A stretch of 64,000 bases of DNA from contig AP026139.1 of the NCBI GenBank assembly GCA_030295235.1, forward strand, positions 186,001-250,000, in the 5' to 3' direction. Positions 47,800-60,600 of the stretch are shown here, one piece after another. Source of the stretch: Fistulifera solaris (taxonomy: Eukaryota). The position numbers and the translations under genes were made by a program. The notes under the pieces are model-generated. The model saw only the letters and a program-made list of their open reading frames with translations, did no database searches and was not told where the DNA came from. Each line of letters opens with the position of its first letter. Positions within the stretch are counted from its first letter, which is position 1.

Positions 47800-50700
47800 T
47801 TAGAAGCCCTCAAAAAGGGCCATATGTTTATCGCTGAGAGGGGGGCCCTTGTCCAACGTCTTGTCGGTCACACCACTCCAATCATCAAAGTTTGAAGTGT
47901 CGAACAGACTCTTGATCGTGGGAATCCATGGAGCTTGTATTGCTCGCTCCCTCATTCTGACCGTGCTGAGATCACCGAACCACCTATGACTTAAAATGTC
48001 TTTTTTCTCCGCGAGCCAAGGACCCAAGACGGTTCGATGGAGACTTTTCCAGTAACCTTGAAATGAAATCAACCGCCTCCGAAGATCGTCCTTCCAATTC
48101 GGGAAAGTCTTCTTCAACGATCAGACGATAAAGTTCGAACTGTTCAATTCCGTCCTCATAAAAGGACTAAAGCCCATGACCATTTCGTAGCTCAATACCC
48201 CCAGTGCCCAGTGGTCGACAGGCCAACTATGGCCTTGCGATATCACAATTTCAGGCGCAAGGTAGGCCGGGGTGCCACAAAGAGTGAATGTTTGATCCAA
48301 GACTTTCTTGGTGAAGCCGAAGTCAATCAGCTTGGGAAAGCCAAACCTGTCGAGCATAACGTTTTCAGGTTTGAGATCGCGGTATACATATTTTTTTTTG
48401 ATGCAGATGCGCAAGGGCATCAGCAATTCCCAGCAAATAAAAGCGCGCTCTATCCTCATGTATCTTGATCCGACCGTCATCATTGTTGAGAATCGAGAAT
48501 AGCTCTCCGCCCGGCACAAAATCCAAAAGCATATAGACAAAAGCAGCGTCTTGAAAGGTTTGGAAAAGATCAATGATGAAGGGATGGTTCACATTCAAAA
48601 GAACATCCTTCTCGCGCTTGCAAACCTCGACCTCTCCTTCGGTAATAAGATGGTACTTCGATTGGATCTTTAACACGTAAGGTTGCTGCTTTTTAGCCTC
48701 CTTGTCAACGACTAACCAAACCTGTCCGAATTCGCCTTCTCCCAAACAAACCCGTCTTTCCAAGTTTTCAAGCTTGACATTGACATTCAGGCTTGCCTTT
48801 GGCGAATATAGTTGAAGATTATCGTTGTCAAAGGCATCGGAAGATGCTTTTGTTTTCTTAGCCTTTTGTCATCTTTCGATGAACGTGTTTTCGAAATTTT
48901 ACTTCCTTCAGCTATCACATCAACATGGGCTTTTGTCGACTTCGGAGAAGATATTGGACACTCTACAGCGTTAGTATCGTTTGCAACAACGATTTGATCA
49001 CCAAAAAAAGCATAATAATCTTTCACCGGTAAAACACCGCATGTGCAATCGGATTCTGCAGTTACTTTGGTCAAAGACCTCCCTTTGAGTGCCTTGCTAT
49101 CCCTTGCTGACTGGAATAAGTTTTCCCCAAAGTGTGCCCCTTCTGAAATTAGAAGTAAATTTCGCCCTTCAGTTTCATAAACCTTACCAGATCGTACGAA
49201 ATAAATTGCGGCGTCTACGTATTGATCGACTTCAATGATCGTGTCGCCTTTTGAAAATTCGACGTTCTTTATCAAGCGAGTCAAGCCCACAATCTCGTGG
49301 TGTTTCAAAGGTTTTCCAGGTTTACGTTCAAATGACCTCACGGAATGAAGAGTTCTAGAATGCATAGGAACCAAACTGGAACCCATTGCTTGGTCCTTCA
49401 ATTCTCTGGATACAACATAGGCTTTTCCGTGAGTCAAAGCGACAACATTTGCCTTCATGATTGGTTCTTCGGCGAGTACTGCATGTTTTCCAAAGTAGTC
49501 ACCAGGGCCCATAATTTTGTTGTCCTTACTTAAACGGCCAACCTTTACGTCTCGGCACTCAACACTTCCTTCTGCGATCAAGAAAAACTTGTCACCAATA
49601 TTGTCTTGTTTCGCTAGAGTTTCGCCTTTTTGAATTTGATGAGGGTGAGAAGATTGGACAGCTTGTGCAGCTGCTCTGTCGACGCATTTTCTAAGAAGTC
49701 GAGCTTTTCTAGTAAGGCGCGCTTGTGTACGGTACTCCTAGTCGCCTCGTCTTGAAGCAAATGCCTGAAGGTCGTTTGGTCGAATCGGTACAAGACGGAA
49801 TCGGTAGTAGCCGTTGCAGATGCGAGACGACGTGAGTTGTGCAGCAATGCTTCCTCACCGAAGGAATCACCAGTTGTTGCAACATCGTGCCTTTCACCAT
49901 CAATGATAATGTCACACTGCCCATCAGCAACGACATAGAAGTACTTGTCCTCATCACCTTGAGAGAATAACTGGGTCCCCGCTGGAACGTTAACCTTTTC
50001 AAACGCAGCTGTGAGTGACTTAATTGTCTTCTCGGGTAAATTTTCGAAGACAAATCTCTTCTTGATTGCATTCTTCAGCAGTCTATCCTCTTGATCCGTT
50101 TTTGGGTGTTGAGGAGCTCTAAAATTTGTTGGCAGCTTGGTTGGTACCTGATAGACGTTACCAGCCTGACGTATCACAGGTACGCCGTCTCTTCCACCTT
50201 GGTCCTCAAAACGAGCAATTCTGGCAATAAACGAGGCTTTCTCTTTTCTCTTTCGAGGAGATAGCAGCGGACCTGTCATCTTTTGGGTTGTATAGGGCTT
50301 AAGTCAGGTTCGACGATTTTTGTTTCTGCGCGCTTTTTTCTTTTCCTTTTTCTCCTTCTTGTCCTTCTCTTTCTTACTGCTGTTAGACTTTTTTGGGGAA
50401 GACTGGGGAGACTCGAACTCAGCAAATGGTGGCACTGGAATTGCTGCCTTGCTCAAGGGGGACTTTATTCGTACGGTCTCATCATTGTTCATTGAGGATT
50501 CGTCGTCGTCGTAGAGCTCTTCATCTGCTTCAGGAATAACTTCCGGATGCTTATCCGCATTGAACACCTCGCGTATAGGACCGTCTTCATTGGAAAAGCT
50601 TTCTGATCCTTCTTGGCCTGATTCAACGAATAGGCCTCTATTGCACTGCACAGGCAGGGAGAATCGATGTCGCTCCTTGGTGGGCGAAGTGGGTTCGGAA

Positions 50701-52704
50701 GAAGCAGAATCTGAATGATTGCTATTGTCAAGAGGTCGTATAACCGCCGGGCCATTCTGCTTGATTTGATTTTCATACGTGTTGCGGGCTATTCTCACAG
50801 GGCTTATGAGGTCTTTGTTACGAGGAGGGGTAAGAGATTGCTCTTCCTTTCTTTTATTCTCAAATACGCTCCGAGCCATCATAACAGGACTGGCAATTTC
50901 ATTGGGAGGAGGGGGTGGAGGAGAAGGTTGTTGTTCAACTGCAGATTCACTATCAACATCGCCTGTTTCAAAGAGCTCTGGTTGCAAAACTTGGGGTTCT
51001 GCTTCTTCGTCTGCTTCAGGCGACGCTTTGTGTGCTGGTCGGTCTTCTGGCTCTAGTGCTGCCATGTCTCGTCGGATATCTTCGTGCGTCACGGGTGGTT
51101 TCGGGAACTCTAGCTTTGCAGCATTATTGGCAACTTTGCTCAAAAAGCGCTCGGCAACCGTACCGCGTTTCGCACTCACCGGACCGCGATAATGACCGGG
51201 TTCAACCACAGCTGATCTCTGAGCTTTGACATCAGTAGCATATGCACTATTACTTTCGGCATCCGTCGCCTGAATAATAGCAGGAAACGCCGGTTGCCTA
51301 ACTTGTGCAGCGGGCTGCACTGAAGCAGCCGCCTCTTTCCCCCAACGCCGTGTTGTTCCTGTAAGGCTGATGGGTGGGGGTGCTTTCTGGGTCGCATCAC
51401 TGACCGAATTTATCGACGGAAAGTTTACTTGAGCCCGTCCAGCCGGTCGGCTTCCCGAAAATTTGTTCCTCAATTCGGAAAAGGATGTTGCTGAATTGTC
51501 TAACGAGTTTTTCGACTTTTCGTTTTCTTGCAAGGACACTTCTGAAGGATCCAACCCGTCCATAGAAATCGAAGTATTCGACGCATGCAATCCTCCTTTG
51601 TCTGATTTCTGTTCCATAGAAATCGAAGTATTCGACGCATGCAATCCTCCTTTGTCTGATTTCTGCTCCATAGAAATCGAAGTATTCGACGCATGCAATC
51701 CTCCTTTGTCTGATTTCTGTTCCATAGAAATCGAAGTATTCGACGCATGCAATCCTCCTTTGTCTGATTTCTGTTCCATAGAAATCGAAGTATTCGACGC
51801 ATGCAATCCTCCTTTGTCTGATTTCTGCTCCATAGAAATCGAAGTATTCGACGCATGCAATCCTCCTTTGTCGGATTTCAGTTCCATTGAAGGAACATCA
51901 TTCTCCTCGGCGGAAAGGATTTCATTCTCTATACTATGTGTGCTTGTTACAGCTAGTAGAGGCGTATCGACGTCTTCATTCAATTCAGTCACTTCATCGT
52001 CGTCACCTCTTCGTTCGATCACTTCATCATTGACTTCCATCCTATTCTCGTCGTCAACGACATCGTCGTGTAGTTCCACCGTCGCTTCAATTTTCTTCTC
52101 TTTCACTTTGTCCTTGGATTTCTTTTTTCTCCTTTTTCACTTTCGCCGATTTGTTGGATTTTAACGATCGAGGTACATCGTCACCCCTCTTTTTGGGTGA
52201 TTTTTGGTGGTTGGTGAGTTTCTTGGGCGACATTAGGGGTGATGAAGACGTTATTGGCGGATGAGGATTCAGGAGCATATTCAAGTTGGCATCGTTCTGT
52301 TTCTTCGCATTATCAATATCAAAGACTTCTCGACATGCGTCCATCGTCAAAACCGCGCATACACAAGCATCGTCGGCCGCTGTTACAGAGTACGGTGAAA
52401 TCACCATGGCAGAATCGTTGCCTTCGGAAGCTTTCAACAATTCTTCACCAAAGTTGCACCCACTCGGCAGTTTAATCGGCGCCATACCATCTCGTCCCAG
52501 CCATACGCTTCCCGTAATGACCAAGTAAAGGGCCGCCTTGGTTTCTTCATGAAGCTCGGTTATAATCTCGTCTCTATTGTAGGGGCGCACATCGATCTTA
52601 CTGACCAACTCTTTGTATTGCGTATTCGTCAGTTTGCTCTCACGAAAGACATTTATACATTTTAGATCGTAATAAAGTGAATTGTAGTCGTCGAGCGCTG
52701 GCAT
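47800..52704 (-). CDS. cGMP/cAMP-dependent (PKG-like) AGC protein kinase with about 4 cNMP-binding-like domains and a long disordered insert (frameshifted)
   Basis: Kinase motifs GEGEFGQV, YRDLKPEN, DFG, TLCGTPAYLAPE and an AGC tail APWIP..DTSNFD. cNMP-like segments FGEEALL..RLASA, YFGKHAVL, HFGENLF and NFGEELL lie in consecutive minus-strand ORFs. The single-gene model is inferred across about 6 frameshifts. Confidence 0.8.
51560..51887. repeat. Coding tandem repeat, 6 x 54 bp (peptide SDKGGLHASNTSISMEQK on the minus strand)
   Basis: Unit CATAGAAATCGAAGTATTCGACGCATGCAATCCTCCTTTGTCTGATTTCTGYTC starts at 51561, 51615, 51669, 51723, 51777 and 51831, with no spacers. Confidence 0.97.
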
Positions 52705-53478
52705 GTTGCTAATGCACTACAGTTTTTGATGATTCTAAAGATTAGATGAAAGATAAAGCTCATCAATTAGCTCTTCACTGGAAACAAACAAAAGAAAAGG
52801 AGAAAGCAAGACGGGGCGGAGTAATTAGGAGACTTCTTTGGCTTCTCCTGACCACGACAGACGAATGCGGTATCACTTTTGCCTGCACATTTTGGTTCCA
52901 TAGACTTCGCGCAAGATTTCGATACAATTTGGAGGACACTCGTGAAAGACGGGACTATTCACAAGTCACAATGACCGTCAAATGCCGAAGCAGAAAATGA
53001 GCAGGTCACGAGCGAAGTCACCCAGTCACAATTTCGAGAGAAACACGTCGTAGTCGGAACACGCAGTAAACGTTTTTTCGGGAATCATCTAAGGTTACCT
53101 GGTACCGGTACTGCTTACAAATTGAAGCTAAAGCAAAACAAACTTACCAGCACAATATCCCTTTCCACTCGTCGATCACAAACACGTCATTGAATCCGAT
53201 ATCAGAACTACAGCGGAGCTGGAGGAAAAAAAACACTTGTGAAAAGATCGCCTCCTCATCGTTTACTGGTAGAAGAATTGCTTTTACGCACGTTCCCTGG
53301 CTCATTCAGGTAAGATCTAAATAGAATTCTTGATAAAATATCCACACCAATATGGGTAGATCAACACCGATGAATGCACATTTCAAAATGTTTTTATGTT
53401 TTTTCAACGTATGATTCGATTGGAGTCGCTACACACGTCACGTCCGGTTCCACCGGCGCCGCATAGTGCTTTTTCTAT

Positions 53479-54530
53479 TTATAACATTATTTCATGTCGA
53501 CGCCCTTGAGATTTCGAGCGCTCGTTTCTTGGTGCTTCCTCATCAACACGCGTTTTTCGAGATGGTCTTCTCCGTGGTGATCCGGCCATCAGTCGTTCCG
53601 TCGTTTGTGCAGGAGCGCTCTTGACGGAACGAGTTTCGTTCGATCCGTGGGGAACGCTTTTTTGTGCCTCCAATACATTTGCGAGAGACTTTGGGTCGGT
53701 TCTCTTTTGGGTTTGGCCATTCGGATCCTAATTTTTCCCGTCGCATTGGTTTCCACCATTCCGTGTTCGATGGCCTTGCGAAGAGCATCATCGGCACGAA
53801 TGCCGGCGGCGACTTTTTCACAACTTTTCGTCGTGGTGACTTGTTCGGTACTTCCTCGGCGAATGTGGCTTTCGTTTCACTGGATGTGGTAGCAGTGTCG
53901 TCGGATGTTGTCAAATTGTCTTTTTCGGCCGATGTATGTAGCATGCGAGCCAAGACGACGTCTAAATTCTTGGTATCGTTTATGTCTCCTCGATGATGTG
54001 ACGTTTCGCCAACTTTTTTTTTCTACTCAAAGACCGGATTTTCTCTCGTGACTTGTGACTCGTTGGAGTATGGATCGCAGACGACGACTCGTGATCCGGT
54101 CCTGTTGTACTCTTCTTATGCGCACTAGCGGTTCGACGCCGTGGAGTTTCGGATCCCTCCTTGACGCGATTTTCTCTCGGCGTTTCTCTCACTTGGATAG
54201 GTCGCGTACCTTTTTCATTGGATGGGTACTTTCGTGGAGTTGTGGGAAAATCCAACGTTGAATCAAAGGGTTCCCAAGCGGCAGCACTGGCTAGCACGTC
54301 TTCTGCCGTGCTGCTTGGTTTGCTGCGGGTAGTATACCGACTGCGTCCACGGGTATTATTATCATTGCTGCGACCGCGGTTATTTGGTCGATGTGACTTT
54401 TCGGAGTAATCCTGATTTTGAAATAACAATAATGATAACAGTGGGTCATCCATACTGTTGGTCGTTCTAAAATCGTCCGGAAACGGATGTTCCGATTCTT
54501 CCGGCCACTCGGTCGCGGCCAACTCTTTGG

Positions 54531-54576
<46 letters not shown>

Positions 54577-54864
54577 TTCGACCACCGCCGTATAAGCAAA
54601 GTCTTCAAATTCCGCCGCCGCAAAGATATCCGAAAGATGACTGTCGTGAAACGCGGCTGTTGTCATATTATTATTATTATTATCTGCCAGTGATAACGTG
54701 TTTGATTTGGTTTGCTGATTGAGTTCCGCGACCAGAGTATTCAAGTCCTCGAGGGGAACATCCCCATTTTGAATCAATCCCTGCAACGTTTGGAAGAGTG
54801 TTTCTCGTTCGTCTTTTGCCAATCTCTTGGAAGTAGTAGCAGTAGTAGTAGCCATTGGCATCAT
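53479..54864 (-). CDS. Hypothetical low-complexity/disordered protein with poly-Asp tract (frameshifted)
   Basis: ORF 53980-54864 plus compositionally similar downstream ORFs 53543-53953 and 53479-53673. The 3' end is uncertain. Confidence 0.55.
54531..54576. repeat. (CAT)~15 microsatellite encoding poly-Asp on the minus strand
   Basis: Directly visible. Confidence 0.95.
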
Positions 54865-55882
54865 GGTGAGGTTTGATAATCAAGTACGGTTATCTTTTGA
54901 TGGAGTGATTGACCAAAGGTTTTTGTACGTTTTTCCCAGTTTGGGGGAGTGTGTGAAGAGAGGAATGAAATAATAAAATAAATTAAAATGATGACATGGC
55001 ATTCATTTTGCGCCGGGACAAACCGTGATGAGAGTTCTCCTTTTTTTGGTTATTTAGTTTCGAGCGGGGCGGGGATCTGGGAAGCATTCGGAAAAAAGTC
55101 GGAACAGTCACTAATTGTACTAATAGTGCCGAGAGGATTCTGTGAACGGTACTCCATATTGCGGTTGTTTTTCGGACGCTTCCTCAATCGAATATTGATT
55201 ATGTACTCCGGTATTAAATAAACAGTAGTTAGGTGGTATAATTGCTTCATTACTTAGTATATTTCCAATTCGCTGTTTGTTCACGTTTCCGGGCACACTT
55301 CAATATGATTCCTTCAAGACTACAGTATAATATCTCCCAACTCCCAACTCCCAATGGTAGCCTTGTCTGGTCGTAATGTCGAAGCGGCCTTATGGCACCA
55401 TCGTCTTCAATCAGAATATTGCCCGTAGCTTTGTGCGCGCCCGAATGGATGGTCTATAGAGTATAGAGTACTGAGAGTTGAGAGCATTACTATGAGAACA
55501 TCATCTAACGGTGCGTTTAACGCTCAAGGCCCTTTGAAGTGCGAAGCTCCCGAAAGAGGAGGAGTGAGTCGTCGTCCGAACGAGCCCCACATTAGTATCG
55601 TATAGGTACTCAAAGGATATCTTCCACGTTTCATGTTTCATGCTCCAGACACGACAAAGGACACGATCCGGAAAAACTGTTGTGCCTCGAAACGAAAAAT
55701 GAAATGCTTCTATTATTCTTCGTATCGAGTCCTTTTTGATTATTCTTATTGTGTTTGAGATGCAATATATTCACTAAAACGTACTTCAAAGGCGATATTA
55801 TTTGATTCAATCAATAAATACTCCGTAATAATAAAGAAGAAAGCACTTCAACATGACACGTTGCATCCCCCCAATCGACCCT

Positions 55883-57275
55883 ATGCCATCGGTTCTTCTT
55901 CCTCTTCTTCTTCATCATCCTCATGGCGTGTTCACACGCTTACATCAGCCTACCATGGAAACCCGAACAATATCCTCATCCAGATCTCGATACTCGGGTT
56001 TGTCGTACGGAATATCATCGTTTCTGTGATCCGGATCAAGTATTGATCGAGTCGGAAATTCAGAGCATCGAACAGTATTTACGAAACGATCGGCGTCTCG
56101 AATGTCCAGACAACAACAACAACAACAACAACAACAACCTGTACGAAGTGCAGTTTGGTGTCGCGATTGTGAAACAAGTGAGTTCTTCGAAAGAAAAGAT
56201 GCTCTAGAGTTGGTGTTACGATAAAGACTCCTCACAACAATTATTTCCTCTTGTGTTTTGTAAAAAAAAACAGATGGAAATGAGCGGTTCGTCCGAAATG
56301 AAAGCTGCCGAAGCCTTTGCCCGTACCATTCATGACAGTTGGGGCCTTGGGCAACATACGCCTTGTGGGGATACGGGAGCTTTGTTGTTTTTGAGTGAAC
56401 ACGACCGAATTCTGTATATTTCACGGGGCAGTGCCTTGGATACATACTTGACGAGTGTGCGTATTCAAAAATTGTGTCCGCCATGCGTCCCTTTTGCGGA
56501 AACAACAATTCGGACTCGCCATTTTGGAAGGTTTACGACAAATGGATTACTGGATGGAACACGGACCCGCCAGAGAAGACGAGAACAACCATGGTTGGGC
56601 GCCAATCGTGATTGTCGTTGTCTTTGTGGCCGTCTTTGTCGGCGTGGTGGTTTATGCCGCGCAGGAACAGAAACGAGAACGCGATCAATATGCCCGGGTA
56701 CAATATCATTTGAGTGAAATGGATCAACAACAAGCGCAAGCCAAGCAGGGACATTATCACACCACATCTTGTCCCATTTGTTTGGATGATTTTCAAAAAC
56801 GTACACGCATCCTATGATTGGTTCGGATGGTCTACCCGTGCGATTGCTACGGTGCGGCCACGTCTTTGATGAAAGTTGCTGGAGTGACTGGACTGCGACA
56901 CGAGTCAGTATAACGTGTCCGATTTGTCGAGAGCCCGTGAGTTGTCGTCATAGTCATATTCTTCCGGATGACACGGAACGACCAGAATTGTTGCGCATGC
57001 GCGATCGGTGGGAAGACGAACTCCGTCAACGCCGGTACCGCGAGGAACGCAATTTCCGACTCCATCGACTGCAATCCCGTTATCCACGACACATTCGTCC
57101 TTCCTTGTTAAATGCTTGGACGTCGGCGCAGTACAGTGGCCTGTTGGCGCAAGATCCCGCCTTTGTGCGACTGGATCCGCGGCGTCTGCGGGACACAACC
57201 AACACCACGACGAGTAGTCATTCCAGTGGATTTGGGGGCGGTCGCAGTAGTGGTGGTGGAGGTGGCACTTGGTAA
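55883..57275 (+). CDS. Signal peptide + TPM (MOLO-1/TLP18.3-like) domain + TM helix + RING-H2-like finger + Gly-rich tail
   Basis: YPHPD...C...FCDPDQVL, FARTIHDSWGLG, GALLFLSEHDRILYISRG, TM segment WAPIVIVVVFVAVFVGVVVYAA, CPICLDDF...CGHVFDESCW...CPICR and FGGGRSSGGGGGTW. Intron 56178-56273; about 3 frameshifts. Confidence 0.8.
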
Positions 57276-57686
57276 AATAATAATGAAGAGTGTTCATGAT
57301 AAAAATAATGGAATGTATTATTTGTAATGAAGATGTGGGTAATGAACGTCGCGTCTCATGAATAGTCTATTACGGAGTATCCAGGAAATGCCAGTACGTT
57401 TTCGCTTGGACTCCGATCATTACCACGACGACAACATTCTTTCGATTTTTTCTTGTCATTTTCCCGGGACTGAAACATCGTTGTTTCAGCATAAGCCTGA
57501 ACTCTACATGAATGTGACAAATCAAACGTGATGATTCGTCCGTTAGTCGCCCGTGTTTACCACGGTGCCGATTTTCATTGCCATTGAAAAGAAGAACAAC
57601 ATACATACATCATTATTTTAGCTTTATTGGCAAGTTGATTATTTCGTCTTGCGCTATACAAAGTCCTCAGCCCTTTCAGGCTTAGG

Positions 57687-60600
57687 ATGGAACTCCCCAC
57701 AGTCCCAAGATTTCTGCCCGACTTGCGCACAGCGCTAGCCACTCTTTACCAAACCAATACACCGTCGAAAGAGGCTCATGATTATTGTCTATTTGTGCAA
57801 AGCCGAAATGCTCGACGCAAAATTCGTAGTTGGCAGCAACAACAGAAAGATCAACCTTCCGATGCGCTTCCTTCCGCAGACTTTGTCGTGGGTTCATCAT
57901 GGTTGGCCTGTCTCATGCTTTTGCTACAAAATAATAATGTATCGCACACGGAACGCTTGTTTTGTGCACAATCGCTCTTACATAGAATACGTCGTGTTCC
58001 GATTGCGGAAGCTGTGGATTGGGAGTTTGAGAATTCTGCCACAGCCTTACAACCGGTGCCTTCTGCCGCTATTTTGTTAGAGGCCTATCGAGATTGGATG
58101 AGACGGATCCACCCAGCCATGGCTCAGTGCCTGGAAGAGTATCACTCGGTGGAATGTCCGGAGCGTGTGAAAGGAGAATTGACTATGCTGACAATTGCTT
58201 CCATACTGCAGCACGAAGTATCCCACATCAATACGACTGATCCTTTGTGTGCGACCCTTGCGTCCATTCTCGCGACCACGGCTTTGCGTCTTCGATTTAT
58301 GGGCACTCCTTCGACTCCTTTAATTGTTTGTATACAACATGCTTTTGCTGGAGTTACGCAAAAGCCAATTCATTTGGCTTTTTCTTAACTCTCATGGCTA
58401 TACCAGAGACTGTGTTCACTAATTCAGCTGGAAATAAACTATCAATCGACCCTAAATGTATCCAAACAATTGCCTACGAGTTGCGGACGGTAGAGTTGCC
58501 GTTGCTATTTCAGTGCTTACCATCTGACGAACTGTGGGTGCTGCGTCTCGGAGAAGCATGGGCACGTTATATACCATTGCCGGAAGACTTTATTCGACGA
58601 ACGGCTTCCATCATGGAGAAATATTGGAACACGAAGGTATCTTTCAAGTACTGGCTAGCTATCATGGAAAGTGCAGTGTTAACGGTGGATGAGATAGTGG
58701 CGCAAAACTTGGGACTCACCGATGGCCAGTGTCAGCAAGCGATGAAAAACGAAGCTCAAGTAGAGCGAAGAAGAAGAAGCAGGCGAAGATTGAGGAAGAC
58801 TCGACCGAAGAAATGTATTCGTACGCCAAATGGGATACTCGCCACCGAGGAGCAATTGCGTGCGCAATGGTATCCGTGGCTTGGAACTCATTTAACGCTA
58901 TGGTGAAAGTCGTACTGTCGGAACAAAATCACCATCAAGTGGATGGAGAGGGTCCAGTTGGCTGTCTAGCAGCTTGTGCGAATGCCTGTTTACCGTTTAT
59001 TCTGCTACACCGGGAGACTCCGCATGGTGCTGAATTATTTCATGCTATCTCGGAATCGTTTCAAGAGCTCTGCAAACACCCAAATTCATCGGTGCGGGCT
59101 CTCGCATTAGAGCCACTACACAATCTACACGCTGCACTTTTGGAGTGCATAATAGCTCATGGGCCTCTGAGTGAACCGTTAGAATCCTTTGTTGTAGCGC
59201 ATATATCGAAGGTAAGTGACAAGACTGAAGCATTTACGGTAAAAACCCAAAGCGCTTACAACCGGCAAGTGTGTCATCAGCCTAGCAAGTGTATGCTCAT
59301 ATCCGGTGGATTATTTCGACGAGAAAGCAGCACCAAGCGACGAGGATGTGGAAATTCTGCGGAACGACATTCGTGACGTAGTTCGGACGGTTTCAGGGTC
59401 AGGAGAAAGTGGATCGACATCCGACTCAGCCAGCATACACGGGCCAATATCCACCACGCTAAAGATCCTATCCGAAATTCTCAAGTCATGTCACCAAGCA
59501 GTTGTAGTTGCCAAAGAGTCAGGTGACCTTCTCCCCGAAACCGCCATTCATACATTCTCGGCTTTTGCAAAGCCTTTGAATGCTGTTGCCAAATTTGTTT
59601 TACAAAAAGGAGGGGACGTCGACATTCAACCGATCTTAGAGTTCGCATTCACTTTTCTCTGTAGCATTTGCACCAATGTCGTTGAGTTGTTCCACGCGCA
59701 CACGAGACTTGAGGACATTCTGCCACGCTGCCGGACGGCTGCTATTGCTGCTGCGTCCCTGTCTCCCATGATATCATGCATGGCCATGATCAATATGCTA
59801 GACGGAAAATTGCTTTCCGCCATTTTTGACATGTCCATTGCTTCAATAGAGCACATACCTGAGTTGTTTGCGGAGTCGACACTGAAACATTCGCAGTATG
59901 ATATTCGTGGAACGATGCGCGGACCGGGAGGAGAAGACCATGTTGGGTGCCTTTCATTGATGCGATTAGTACAAGAGAGCGAAAGGTTGACGAGCATCAT
60001 AATTGCTGTACATGGTGAAACATTTGTCCCCCGACTATGTCACCTTCACCAGCAATTAAAGGCAATCGAAAGTGAGAGAGGGGTTAATGTTTTGTATGGT
60101 AAGGGAGTTACACCTGCATCTCGGCGTATCCTGCTGAATATACTTTCCGACATCGAAGTTACCTCGAAAGGACAAGCGGGGGCCGCGTCGGTGCTCGAGG
60201 ACCTTTTCCATCATGCCGTTAGTTCCATTGCCAAGTGTAACAATGACATGTTGTTTGAAGAAGGAACGATATTTCAAATAGCTGAACACACCTTCGACCT
60301 TGTCGCTTTCTCTCCGGCCATCCTGGTCAATCTTTTTGTCGATAGCAAATCATCTTTGAACGATTTGGCGACATCGTGTCTTGAATGTCTGACAAAGACG
60401 TGCATGACTGGGTACAAGCAACTCTCTTCGTCGGAACCACCATCTGCTAGTATCATGCAGGTAAGTCGCGTTTGTCCGCACCCTTTTTCTTGGAACATAC
60501 GGTCCTAACATCTGCTTAACGGACTCTCCTCATCGTTTCTATTTCAAAAGTGGAACAGACTTCGAGCGGCTCTTTTCCAGCTTTTTCGGGTTGTTTCGAA

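Noticed and set aside
51560..51887. CRISPR-like array
   Set aside because: Units are contiguous 54-bp repeats with no unique spacers, lie in frame within a coding region, and no cas genes are present.
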